From the NCBI RefSeq assembly GCF_009914755.1, contig NC_060933.1: a DNA stretch of 64,000 nucleotides, one strand, 5' to 3'. Origin of the DNA: the human T2T-CHM13v2.0 reference genome, Homo sapiens. The translations under genes and the position numbers were made by a program. Below, in pieces: positions 1-14,458 of the stretch. The notes below the pieces were generated by a model, which saw nothing but the letters and a program-made list of their open reading frames with translations, had not been told where the DNA came from and did not search any database. Position 1 is the first letter of the stretch. Each line of letters opens with the position of its first letter.

Positions 1-554
1 TCTATAATAAGATAAAAACACTACTAGTTATCTTTTTTAAAATGCAAACTCTCCAAATATGAAAATAGGAGTTTATTGTTAGGATGATTTTTCAGAAGAT
101 GCAAATGTCCTTGTAAGTATGCATTTCCCTTCCCAGCTGGGAAAGGTCCAACCATCAGTGGTGACGGATTCCATTGGCATGATATTGGCTATAATCCAAA
201 GTCCAACCGAAACTGCTCATGATACCCAATGATATCTATCAATTCCTTGGTATATTCTGGAAAGGGGGCTTGTGATTCCAAGATAATGTATCTATCCTAA
301 AACATCAAAACCAAATATTGTGTGATACTCTACTGTAACATTTCCCAAAAGCAGAGTGAAAGCAACATCTATGGTAGAGACAAACTTTACCCCGTCCAAA
401 GCTTCTCTTATTACGGATCTGTATTTCGTCAGCGCAATGGACTCTGCTTGAATTCCCTGCCTCAAGGATGGAATTCTGGGCTTTCCTCAAGGCCAGCTGC
501 TGCATCACCACCTCCTCCCAAAACTGCCCTGATCAAGGTAGAATGAGGCATTGA

Positions 555-1112
555 TGTGATGGTTAATATTGAGTGTCAACTTGATTGGATTAAAGGATGC
601 AAAGTATCATTCCTGGGTGTGTCTGTGAGGGTGTTGCCAAAGGAGATTAACATTTGAGTCAGTGAACTAGGAGATGCAGATCCACCCTCAATCTGGGTGG
701 GCACCATCTAATCAGCTGCCAGCACAGCTGGGATAAAAGCAGGCAGAGGAAAATGGAAGGACTAGACTGGCTGAGTCTTCTGGCCTCCATCTGTCTCCCG
801 TGCCGGATGATTCCTGCCCTAGAACATCAGACTCCCAAGTTTTTCAGCTTTTGGACTTTGGGAACTACACCAGTGGTTTGGCAGGGGCTCTCAGGCCTTC
901 GGCCACAGACTGAAAGCTGCACTGTTGGTTTCCCTACTTTTGAGGTTTGGGGACACAGACTAGCTTCCTTGCTCCTCAGCTTGCAGACGGCCTATTGTGG
1001 GACTTCACCTTGTGATCATGTGAGTCAATAGTCCTTAATAAACCCCCCTTCATATATACATCTATCCTATTAGTCCTGAACCCTCTAGAGTTCCCTAGAG
1101 AATTCTAATATA
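555..1112 (+). mobile_element. MLT2A-type (HERV-L) solo LTR
   Basis: Begins TGTGATGGTTAATATTGAGTGTCAACTTGATTGGATT, has an internal AATAAA at ~1037 and ends ...ctagagaattctaata. Confidence 0.88.
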
Positions 1113-1306
1113 CTTGTTGAATGAATAAGGGCATGAATGATGCTTCAAGCCCTCAGTGCACACCTTCTGATTTAAATTATGAATTATTTCTTTCAGATGT
1201 CTATCTCCCCACTAGAATATCAGCTCCAAATGGGCAGGTCTTCTGTTTCTGCATTCTTGGATCTCTTCGTCCCATGACAAACAGTGTCTCCTTGATTAAA
1301 CTATAG

Positions 1307-1611
<305 letters not shown>

Positions 1612-2013
1612 TTGACTAAACTTTAATCAGGCTCCTCTGATCCTCTTCCCAACTAGGCCTTGACCTTTGGGCTTCCATGTCTTTGCATCATCCAATTTTA
1701 CCAAGACCCGTGTGAAGCTGTCTTAGCTAGAAACCTTCACCCTTGATATCTGATCAAATCCTCATCCCCCGCCAGCTCCAGGTGATGTCTGATATCTCCC
1801 CAGCTGGCCTGCCTTCACCAAGAACCCTGTCTAGTTGGTTCAGCCAGAATCGTCCCTTACCCCTGACATTTCCTCATAATAATTTCCCATCCCTCCCAAC
1901 CTGCTCTTGGGGTATGGCTCGCCACTGGTCCACGCTGTATTTGGAACTGAGCCCAGTTCTATCTGCACTGGGGTCTCTTTTCCTCTATTGCAATAGTCCC
2001 CGAATAAAATCTG

Positions 2014-2317
2014 TTTTTTTGTTTTGTTTTGTTTTTGAGATGGAGTCTTTCTCTGTCACCCAGGCTAGAATGCAGTGGGGTGATCTTGGCTCACTGCAAC
2101 CTTCGCCTCCCAGTTCAAGTGATTCTCCTGCCTCAGCCTCTCGAGTAGCTGGGATTATAGGCATGCACCACCACACCCAGCTAAATTTTGTATTTTTGGT
2201 AGAGATGGGGTTTCACCATGTTGGCCATGCTGGTCTCAAACTCCTGACCTCCAGTGGTTCACCCATCTCGGCCTCCCAAAGTGCTGGGATTACAGGCCTG
2301 AGCCACTGCACTGGGCC
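2014..2317 (-). mobile_element. AluS SINE
   Basis: Full-length Alu. TSD taaaatct(g/a)tttt at ~2005 and ~2318. Confidence 0.93.
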
Positions 2318-2708
2318 TAAAATCTATTTTTACCTTTTTAACTTCTGTCTGGCTCCGGTTTTCTTTAACAGCCACAAACCCTGCCCCTTGTCCAGGACTC
2401 CCAGCTCAGTCAGTGAAGGGTCCACCATCCACAGAGCTTTGGCTCCTTGCTTCCTCCCTGTCACCCCCACAACCCATCAACCAAACACAAGGGTGTCCAC
2501 AACAGCCCTCCAAGCTCTGCCTCTCCCCAGCCCTGTACTTCCAGCAGAGCCCAGACCACCCTCCCTCAGCAGAGTCAGTGCTTCTAAACAAACAAGACAA
2601 AGATCCTCCCTCGACATACTCTGACCTTCCCCTGCACTTTAACCAGGTTTCCTGCCCTGCCTCAACCCACAGACTTCCTTGTCCTCTTGGCCCTCTCCTG
2701 CTGAGGGC

Positions 2709-3187
2709 TGTCAAAGAAGCCAGATCTAGACACTAGTTAAAGCAGTGAAAACAAATTTTATTCAGGATGTTATTGCAACTGGGGGCAAGAGACCTCAGTC
2801 TAGACATGGGCTCAGTTCCAAGCAGAATAAGGGCATGTGGGGATTTACAGCCAAGTGGCAGGGTGGGAGGTCACGGACGGAACATTACTATGAGGAAATG
2901 TCAGGTGTAAGGGGGAATTCTGGCTGAACCAACCGGACAGGATTCTTGCTGAAGTCAGGCCAGGGAGATCAGACATCACCTGAGGCTTGTGAAGGACGAG
3001 GAATTTGATCAGATATCAGGGGTGATCAGATATTCAGGGTGGGGAATTCTCACTCCACTGACTTAGCAGGATTCTTGCTAAAATTGGGTGATGCAAAGAT
3101 GGACACAGAAGCCCAAAGGTCAGGGCCTGGTTGAGAAGAGGATCAGAGGAGCCTGACTAAAGTTTGGTCAAGGAGAGACTCTGTTGA
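2709..3187 (-). mobile_element. Second MER31-like LTR, inverted relative to the first
   Basis: The reverse complement aligns segment by segment with 1275-2370 once the Alus are removed (e.g. ccttgaccaaactttagtcaggctcctctgatcctctt; end ttctttgaca). Confidence 0.8.
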
Positions 3188-3899
3188 GGCCAGAGGCCTG
3201 CTCTGGGATCTGCTGTTTCCTGCCTGCTCTGGGATCTGCTACCCCATCCCCCAGCCCCCGCTGTGTTCTCCAGCTCCTGACTCTGAGGCTGCCCACCTTG
3301 CAATGACTGGATTTCCCACAACCCGGTCTGGCACCATTCCACAGGTCCTTGGCACCACCCACACACAATGTAGAAAGCTTACTGGCTCCACAGGACAGGG
3401 GCAATGCTTGGGACCACCTACCAATGCCCAACACAGTGCCTGGCACACAGAGGTCTTGTAATAAACATCTGTAGGAAGGAGGGTGAAGGGGAGGGATCTA
3501 AGATGAATCCAAAGCCACCAATGGAAGTGTTTTCTCTCATCTCTGGGCATGTTCGATGGTCTCACTGGGATCACCTTCCCCAGCACATGCCCCAAAGGAC
3601 ACCCCTTCTCAGCAGACCTGGGGGCTCCAGCCTGCCAGGGTAGTCTGAATTTACAGGAACACACACACTGAGCAGCAGACCTCAGCTCCCCTGCCCTCCA
3701 GAGATCATAATGAGTCACAGTCAACAAGAGCCTCTGCCTCTTTTCACACCTACTCCCTCTAAGGCTCATTGACTTTGTCTTGTCCTTAAGCAGTTGGTTT
3801 TTTGAAACCAAGTGTCCAATGATGCAGTGAATCCTGAAAAAAGAATCTTGGAATCCTGGAGCAATGGGGTGAATGTAACAACAGGAAATTTGTTTTTTG

Positions 3900-4012
3900 G
3901 CTCTGCCACCTCAAATATTTGCTAATCCTCCTATCTCGGCATCATCAGCAAAATTTGATCAGTATGACTTTTATGACCTATCCAAATCACTAATTTAAGA
4001 AATAATATGTGG

Positions 4013-4077
<65 letters not shown>

Positions 4078-4400
4078 CTCCAGGCAAAGAACAGAGTCCC
4101 ATGGACAACCACCACAGATTACTTGCAGATGAATATCTTTTGGGTTTGGAGTTTCAACAATTAACAGATGTGCCTAAATAGACCATCTTTATCTCATTGA
4201 AAAATCATTAGATTTTGTCAAATATCTTCAAAGAATTCACATTTGCTAGGACCTAGCTCCCTGATCTAATCAGCCTAGTAATTTTCTCAACAAAGAAAGA
4301 GTGGTCAGTCCTGAAGGCCTTGCTCTAAATGAACCCAGGGTGACCCCAGTGATCATCACTTCCTCTCTTAATTGTTCAAAGCACCCTCTGAGCATCCACA
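3900..4400 (-). mobile_element. L3/CR1 reverse-transcriptase fossil
   Basis: The minus strand shows degenerate QHGF-, KAFD-, PQGSVL- and FADD-like segments in the correct order. Confidence 0.55.
4017..4073. repeat. (AT)28 microsatellite
   Basis: Perfect 57-bp AT run. Confidence 0.98.
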
Positions 4401-4879
4401 TTGGAATCATAGCTAGTTATAGTTCCCACTAACCTCCATATCACACTTGTGCAGGCCTCTGTGGACAGCTGGGAGGGGCGTTCCAGGGAAGGGTCCTGGC
4501 CAGGTGAGCCAGGCAACACAAGGAGCATCTGCTGGTTCTAGAACAGGAGAGTGCAAAGCGTGATGGAGATAAGAAAGAGCCCGATCTGAGCCAGATATTG
4601 ATGTTGCCCAACTGTCTCAGAAAAGGAAAGCACGTTCAGGACAGATAAGCCAAAGGCAAGGGCAAACTTCTGGAGGAGGTCACCACTATCATGAAGACTC
4701 CGGTTCTAGTCCCAGCCCTATGCCATCCTATTGTATGGCTTTAGCAAGTCAAGCCTCTCTCCTTCTCTGGGCCTCAGTTTTCTCATGTGTAAAATAGAGA
4801 TAATGATCAGATTATCTATGGGAAGGCAGGTAACTGCACCAGTTGATTTCTTGAGGTCCCTTTGGAAGCCAGACACAAG

Positions 4880-5090
4880 ACAGTGGTGTATAACGTTTAG
4901 GGATGTGGGCCCTGGAACCAGACTGCCTCAGTTTGAATCCCAGCTTACTAGACATGTAACTTTAGGCAGGTTATTGAAACTCTCTGTGCCTCAGTTTTCT
5001 CATCTGAAAAATGGGGGCAATAACAATGCTTACCTCCTAGGACCTTGGTGAGAAGTAGATGATTTACTACCTATAAAGTCCTTAGAAGAG
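4880..5090 (+). mobile_element. MIR SINE (representative; further MIRs at ~4690, 5830, 6890, 7650, 10400, 12720, 25820, 28860, 29990, 40560, 55100, 59300, 60810, 62110)
   Basis: MIR core ctctctgtgcctcagttttctcatctgaaaaatgggg. Confidence 0.85.
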
Positions 5091-8000
5091 GCTAAGACTG
5101 GGGAATGTGTTTGCTTTGACAATGCTGGCGGTGCTAATAGTAGGATATACTGCATTTTCACTTAGACAAGCTCATGCCTGTGCCTAGTGCATGTAGACAA
5201 TAACCCAGGATTCCCACATTCCAGGTTTCTGAAGGATCTTGTACAGCTCCAAACAAGAGGAGCTGGACTGCAGAAAGCAGCTTTTGCAGCAAGTAAAAAA
5301 GCCAGGATCGTCCTCTATCCCCGACGTCTCTGACCAGCTTTTCTTCAAAAGAGTCAAAATGACAGGGTTTATGGCACGGTTATGTTCTTCCTAACGCTAT
5401 TATGTCAGTTATCATTACATATACCATACAAAGATCTGAACGCTTTTAAATTGGTTTCTTATACACATCCAAACCACACAAGAAACTCTTTTCAGGATAT
5501 ATTTATCTGTTTTTTCATGTGGGCCTTAAATCTACTCTGACATTCTGACTTCTGACTTCTGACTATAGAGAATGAAAGAGTCCAACTGCCCAATTTCTTC
5601 CCTGCAAAGTGACTTAAAAACAAAAATAGATAGCTCAATCTTTCCATCTACTGCCCTATTTCCTCCTAAAACTGAAATGAGACCTACTTTAGTCCCCATT
5701 ATCGTTGCAACACTGCTTCTTCTGCAGCTTCCATGATTTCCTCCTTCACACGTTCAGACACCTATCACAGCAGGGCTCTCATGGAAACACTCAGCAATCC
5801 CAGATATGCCTTTCTTAACTTTGGTCAAGGACTTTCCGTGTCATTATCTAATTTAAGCATAAAATCACCCTGAGAGAGGTTGGAGCAGGTGCCTTTCCCC
5901 ATTTTACAGGTGAAGAAACTGAGTCTCAGAGAACCCAAATTTCAGGAACCAGGACCAAGCCTTCCAAGATCCAACCCCGTATTCTGAACACATCCTTCCT
6001 TTCCCCAGGACTCCCCCAAAGCCATTACAGCTCTCTTTTGCTAAACACCTAAAACTGATTTATTTTTGGTATAAATCCAATTTCATCTTTATACATCAGC
6101 TTCTTTATCAGTGATTGTGAGAAAACCACTGTATTGCTCTGTTCAGAATCTCTTTCATCCAAATGTGTAGAGAAGGAATAGCCCGCCCTTCTCTGCCCAA
6201 AGAAGAAGTCATGTTTGGCAGGTAGCAAGGGGCTGGAACCTGGCAGGTCTCAGAAGGAAAGCCATTCTGCATCTCATCTGGGAACCAAGACCATGATCCT
6301 CTCAAGAGGGGCTGATTAATCCCTAGAATCCAGAATGACAGTGGCCCCCGGAGTGCTGCTGTCCAAACCCAGGACTTAGCCCATCAGGGAATAAAGGAGA
6401 AACCCAACCCAGACCAGATACCCTGCCACACTCTGAGAGAGACAGGTCCTAGGGACCAACTGTGTGTGCACCTGCATCAAAAGGGCAACTTCCTCTGCAG
6501 CCAGACTGGCTGCCCATCAGCCAGAGGGACAGCCTGGGGAAGTCAGCACCAGCCTTCTGCCCTGTGACTGCACAGCCAGGCCTGCCAACCTGGCCTCTCA
6601 CTGCTGAGTTCCACAACAGTTATATCAGCACAGATCACTGCTACTCACTGCTTCCCTTCATCAAGAAAGCCATTAAGAGAAACATAAAGTTGATTGCATC
6701 TATTATGTCCACCTACAGACTCAACTTAGAGTAAGCTTTAAAATCCCTCCTGGGCACTCTTCAAGACCCTGAGTCATTTTTTGATTGTTAAAATTAGAAT
6801 GATCTGAGGGCAGACTCACTCCCAAATCTAAGTGATGTCAAACAAGGATGGGTCCCATTCCCATTCAGTGTTATCAGGCATCCGTGGAGTGCCTAGCTCC
6901 AGCTGGGGTGTTTGAGAATACATACTCTCATCCTAGCCTCACGGACAAACCCTGCAAGGCAGGTAAACTCATCTCCCTGTTGCACAGGGGGAATGACAGG
7001 CTCGATGAGTTACAGGGCTTGTCACCCCTAGGAAGTGACAAAGCCAGGGTTTAACTCCAAGTCAGCCTAATCCACCTTTCTTGCCCTGTGTCCTAGTCTT
7101 TGCAATGTCCCTGGAGGTGACCTTGCCCAGCTCTCCGTTGACTGGGGGGTTGTGTTCTCCAGCCTTGGCCAATAGGAAACTCTTTGCCGACAGCAAGGCT
7201 AGAAGCCAGGACTTTGCGGAGGCCCTTGGTGAGCACTGATTGATTAAGAAATGTGCTTTCAGACACTGCGGGCCCAAAGGTGACTGTTTCCCAGGCCGTT
7301 CAGCTCTCTGTCCACAGTGTCTCTTGTGGTCAGTCACCTATGTGCTGGCCACATCTGAATGGCTCAGCATTATCCCCTCAAAGTCCTACCTTCCAAGCTT
7401 TGCTTGCACAATTCCCTCCTCCCACAGGGTACTTCCCACATCTTCTACCTCCTGTCCTTCAAGGCCAGCTCAAAGGTTGCTTGCAGTGAAAGGCCCTTCC
7501 AGGTTCCACCCTGTGAGAATTCAATTCACCACCTCCTCTTTGTGCTGCTGGAGTTCTTACTGGAGCCTCTGCTAAGAGGATCTTCAAATCTCCCTCACAG
7601 CATTTTTGTATTTGACACTATTATGACACTTACTATGTATCAGGCAGTGGCTGAAGTCTTCAGCAGTCACTGATAACTATCAGTTTTGGTAGCCGTCCTA
7701 TGAAGCAGGTACTATTATTATCACCCCATTGTACAGAGAAGAACACTGAGGCACAGGGAGATAAAGTGGCTTGCCCAAAACTAACACAGCTAGTAAGTGC
7801 TCTTACCAGGGTCACTTGCTTGCATGTGAGTGGCCTACATTGTCCTGTGAGCTCCCTAAGGGCAGAGGTCACACCCGAGTCAAGTTTGGATGGCCCAGGG
7901 CGTGGCAGGAGGCAGGTGCTCCAAGCTTGCTCCTGAATGGAACTCAGTGTCCAGCATGAGGTCACCTCCCCTGTGTGGCAAGCTGTGGTGGCCAGCAGTA

Positions 8001-11000
8001 TGGATATTAGTCCACCCAACATCCAGCCACTCTGAGCGCCTCCCTGGGCCACCTTTAGTCTTTCTTGAAGTGCTTAGGAGGATGAAATAGAAAGTGCATT
8101 CTCGTCCATGAAGCCAACAGTGTCTACACATACAGCTCACCATCTATAACCTTCTACTCTCTCCGGGGCTTGGCCTAAGGGCCTTCGGGAACAGCCATGA
8201 TAGGTGACTCCCGGGAGTCTGGCTGGATCCTGGGACCCCAAACAGCAGGACCACAGACCCCATCTGGCTGGACTGTAGCAGGCCTGGCCGCTGTGGGTGG
8301 TGCCAAGGGCACTGGGCTCAGAGTCGGGCCAACTTAGACTCGCTGCCTCACACCCCAGCTCACCATGCAGATCCACAGTTTCTCCAGGTATGAATGGGAC
8401 TAAGGGCAAGAATTCTTCTTTAGTTGTTTAGTTGTTAAAATAATACCAACAACTAAACAATGAGAATTACAAATGCTGTGCAGTGCTAGAGTTGACTATT
8501 TCTTCCAAATGCCTCATTCAGTAACACCCTGGTAACAGAGGAACCATTTTATAAGAACTAAATGAGACACCAACTGCCCTTCAGACTTAACCGGGTCGAT
8601 ACAAATGACATATTCCTTGGAATGCTCAAAGAAGAGATGGGGGTAGGGCAGTCTGGGCTTTCTCTTGGCAATACTTGGCCCAGTTCTCCCTCGACCCCCG
8701 GCGTGGCCTATGTTGATAGATCAGCGAGTGTTCCTCACCCGGACACCTCGAGGTTCCTCAATCCCAGCCTCTAAGCCAGGCTTAGCTGCCACCCTCAGCT
8801 CCCTTCAGCTCTGCCTTGCTACCATGGCCTCATCAGAAGCCTGAGGTCTCCTCTGAAACCAGGATGAGGTCCTGCCCCCTGATGAGGTCAATCTTGGGAC
8901 AGAGGCCCCCATTCTCCAGGGCCACCCACTCAGGGCCAAAACAGAAAGTGAGGGTTTCAGTCCCGGGCATTGAGCAGTTTCCATGTGCACTGATCTACAC
9001 AGATGCCATTCCCGGGCCCCTCCATGTCCTCAGGTGGTAGCAGGGGGCTCCAGTATCAGCTATATCTCTAAACTAGCCTTGCCCTCAGCAGCCCATGCTC
9101 TGGCCCCCACTCAAAGCAAGGTCTCCCTTGCAGATCATTTTGCCTTTCCTGCCAGCAGGCCCCACTACATCCTAACAGTTTCAACCCCAGAGGCTGGGAG
9201 TCACTCTCATTCCTTTCCCTCCCAGAGGACCCACTGTTCTTTAGACAACATGGCCATTGATCCTCAATGACTTGAAAGCTTCCTAAGGGGAGGGGCTTTA
9301 GAATGTCATCTGAATACGGAGCCAGACCAGAGCTCAGAGCTGACCCTGGGCCTCTCCATCTCACAAGTTTTAAGCTCTTTCTACTACACCTTGCCACTAT
9401 CCAGGTGCACATATGAAAGCAGCCATGCAGTGCCCAGCACATAGTAGGGATTCAATAAGGACCTGTCCCTGTCATTTTGTTTTCTCCATTGTGGACACAA
9501 GGTTGGAATTAGGGCCTTCCAGGCCACAGCATGCAGAGAATTCTGAGCAGCCAGGTCAAAGCCCATCTGATGGTTAAAAACCCAGTGTCCACAGGAGCCT
9601 GGCTGCTCTCCTTTTGAGGAGGAGGTAGCCAGCTAGCAACTGTTGCCCCCAAACTCTCAAGCCAGATTCATCATTTCCACACTGCCTGGCCCAGAACCCT
9701 GAGATCTCCACCAAATACTTGTATATCTCCTTGGAGAAGTCAAAGCTCTTTCTGGAGAAAATGAAAATGCCCAGCACACAGGCATTCCAGCCGCCCACTC
9801 CTGGGCTGCAGTGGACTGGCCCAGTCTGGGTATTTCATATTTTAAGCTGGTGGGCTAGGCTCTCCCCCAGCCACCCAACTAGCAACCCCCCATGATTTGA
9901 GGTCTAGGCCCCGCTGATGGCCAGGATCCCAAATTGATGCTTACAGAAGACAGCCCTCACTAACTTTCATGCTCCCAAGTTTCTGCCCTGAGACCCCTGA
10001 TCAATAGCCTGGCAGTGGATGGCCTTGGGCCTGACACCTGCCAAAGACAGATGATTGGTTTTTGAAGACATTTGACAGTTGAGAGGAAACACGTTAACTA
10101 CCTCTTGTTCTAGATTCTTCGGTAAGACAGCCTGCTAGGGTCACAGAACCTCAGTTCCCTGAAGAACTGCTTTCAGAGTGTTATAATCTAATACTGTGTC
10201 CTCCTTTATTAGGGGGTTAAATGATCACTCACATGAATGACATCGCTATGTCTTCTATAAAGATGTTATTGGAAATATCCAATGGTCCTGAGAGAATGGC
10301 CCAGAATTAATTACTCTTTGTGTTTAGTTTCGGGCGTATTTTATATCTGCACCACTTTACAGCTTCTTAAAGACCTTTCACATTAATCTTATTTCTCTCC
10401 CTTCCTCTCTCTCTTTCTCCGATCTCTATAATAACTCTATGAAAAAGCAGAGCAGACATTACTATTCTCATTTTATAGGTGATAAAACTAAGGTGCAGAG
10501 AAGTTAAATGACTAGCTCAAGGTCATCCATTAGAGAGCATCAGCATTGGGTCACCCATGTAGAATCCAGAGCTCTTTCCACTGAACTGCCCTGCCTCTAA
10601 CCTAAAAGATTTGTCTCTGGAGCCTAAAAGGAAATGTGTCCTCATCACACAGGAACATCAGAGCATCTCTCTCTTGCCTTCAAATCCAGTGTTCAACTGG
10701 AACAATCCATTCCTCACAGATGCCTGATAACATCTTCTCTGTTCCACTTAGGGGCCCAGTTCTGATTTTTATCCAAAATTGTTCTGTTTTACCTTGTGTT
10801 TAGCATCACTCATGCGAAACACATTTGCAAGGCACCAGGGGCTGTGCTGGGTGCTCCAGACACAGAGACCTTCATTCACTCACAAATATTCTGGAGTACC
10901 TGCAGGCTCTGTCCTGGGCTTTGGGGCATGGCAGACACCAAACAGATGCTGTGCCTGTCCTCATGGACTGGCCCAGCTCATAGCCTGGCGGGGCAGTGAA

Positions 11001-11579
11001 CAATAACCAGTAGTGATTATAAAGCAGAGTTATAAAGACTTCACTGGAGACACCAGCCCCAAGGGCCAGTGGATGGTTCACCACTGAGCTCTCAGCGCAC
11101 CTCAAATCCTTCCAGAAGTGGATGGGGCTTAAAAACACCCCTTAACTTAAAAATCCCATTCAGTGAAGCTCAGACACAGATCACAACTTCTTCATTGGCC
11201 TCAAACACACAGTCCCCCACTGAAATAAGAACGAGTTTTTATGCTGCTACACAGCATTTCACATTTTCATATGCATTATAATAAAATGATAACAGTAAAA
11301 CTTAGTATAAAATCTAGTCAGTGTGGATCCCTGTGCTCAATGCTTTACATGAATGTTCCAGGTCAACCCTCAAAATAACTCTCTCACAGAGTATCATCCC
11401 CATCTCACGGACAAGGACTCTGGGGCTCAGGGGACAGGCAGTGTCAGCATGCACACACAGGTTGACCGATGCCCAGTGTCTTTCTACAGTGTCCAGCTGT
11501 CTCCCCCACACCCCACAGGCACTGAAAAACAAACTAGCATGCCATTTATAAACATCAAGATTGGCCTCAGAATCCTCCA

Positions 11580-12130
11580 GCCTTCACTCAGTCTCCAAAT
11601 AGTTACTGAGCACCTACTATGTGCTAGAAAGTGTGCTGGACATTATGGTGAGCCAAAACAAACCAGTTCTTGCACTCATGGAGTTCACAGTCCCCTTGTG
11701 AAGCAGGAGGGAGACCAATAGGGATCAAATAATCCAACAAAAGTTAACTTGCGGCTGTGATAAGCAGTAGAAAGGAAAGTTCATGGTTCTTAGAGAAAAC
11801 GTGATAGTGGATTTTGCCTAATCGGGGAGGACAGAGAATGCACACTTGATCTAGGATTTAAAAGATGAAGAAAGGTGGCAAGAACATTCCAGGCCACAGT
11901 AACAGCTTGTGCAAAGGCCCTGTGCAGGGAGGAGCACACTCATCCAAGACACAGAGAGGACCATGTGGCTGGGCCTGAAGAAGAGAGGGAGAGTGCTCAG
12001 CAGCAATGCTGGGAGTGGGCAGGGCAGACTCCAGAGGGCTTGCAAAGCTGTGGGAGAAGCTGTGTTCCCACCCCAAGAACAATGGTGAGTCCCTGCAGGG
12101 TATCAAGCTGGGAGGCCGCTGGACTGGTTT
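11580..12130 (-). mobile_element. L2 3' fragment
   Basis: tactgagcacctactatgtgct...tgcactcatggagttcacagtc...gcaaaggccctg, typical of the L2 3' region in reverse. Confidence 0.7.
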
Positions 12131-12871
12131 GCTGGGTCAGTGGTCTTAATTGTCTTCTGTACCTGGGGGTGCCCATCCACACCATCACACTCCTCATGCT
12201 GCATGGTAACGATCCCTGGGCCTCCTCCCCCACGTGCCTTTGAAAGCACAGCTATTTTGGAGTTATCTCCCTACACTGTGTAACAAACCCAGAGCCTGGC
12301 ACCAAGTAGGTGCTTAGCAAGTATAGCCTAAATTCATAAAGGAAGCACCACTATTACCCTTGAGATGATCCGAGTCTATCAGGAGACACACTCAGACATA
12401 AACACTGCCATCCTGAGTAAACACAACCGAAGGTGACAAGTTCTGCAAGCGACAAGTTCTCCAGGTGCCAGGGGATAGAGAGCAGATCTGTGTGAGTCAG
12501 GTGTGTGGACAGACATTTAAAGTGAGTAGAAAGTGCAGGGTTGGCTGTATATGACTGAGTGGGTGGACAGAGAAATGGGAGAGGGTGGGGTTGAATCCGA
12601 GGGAGAGGCAAGCAGTTGGGGGTGAAATTTGCAAGCAAAAAAAGCATTGCCGCTTGTTTTTATCGGAGAAAAAAAACTTGCCGCTTGCTTTTATGGGAGG
12701 AAAATAACTATATGAAGATGGTGGTTTACTCAGAGCGTAAGCTGCAGAGATCAAAGTCAGACCATCCAGACTTCAAATCCCAGCTCGACACTTGGTTGGT
12801 TGTGATGTTAAATACGTCACATAAGCTCTCTAAGCCTCATCTGTAAAATGCAGACAATAAGAGCAAGGACC

Positions 12872-13276
<405 letters not shown>

Positions 13277-13978
13277 CTAGTTTCTTTTTCTTCATCTACC
13301 CACCTGCAACTAAATGTTCCTATTTCCTTTTCCTTTGATTATGACCATGACATTTAGAAGCTCTCCAAGGGCTTCCCAAAGTTTCTAGAATTCCCAGAGT
13401 CCAGGAAGGACCTCTGAAGGGTTACTTGGGCTCCAGAGGATGCTTTGTGGAGTGACAACCAAGCCAACTCTCCCTTCCATCAAAGCCAAGGCACTCTCAG
13501 CTGGACTGGGCGGGGGCATTCGCATGGGCTCTGGTCATCTGCCCCAGAGTGGGCATGCGGGTCCCCATCTGCCACTTACATCCCTGAAACAACTCTGGGC
13601 ATTTTTCAGAAAGGCTTCAGTGAATGGTAGTTCTAGAAACAAGACGATTTGGATAATACAGTGATGATTATTATAAGTATGGCTGTTGCTTTCAAAATCA
13701 GTTTTCTCTGAACAAAGTCAAGTGGATCATAAGAAGAGTGTGAAAAATATCATTTTTCTCTGTGCCACCTCCTGACCCTGTACCATGAGAGCAGCAATAA
13801 TGCATCACTCCACAAAGTCCTTCTTTGGCTAGATTTTATCTGAACAGTGACTGATGATGTCCTTGCCAAATGGCAGGAGAAGGGGGTCTGCTTCCGCCAG
13901 CAGCTGTGGAACACGGGCATTGATGAAGACAGATGAGTCCACGCACTCAATACTTTGGATCTACCACTAATTTTCTAG

Positions 13979-14458
<480 letters not shown>

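Noticed and set aside
1743-2624. 293-aa ORF, the longest in the track
   Set aside because: It runs through an LTR and an antisense Alu (typical SLQPSPP...PASASRVAG Alu translation), has a non-ATG start and no gene structure.
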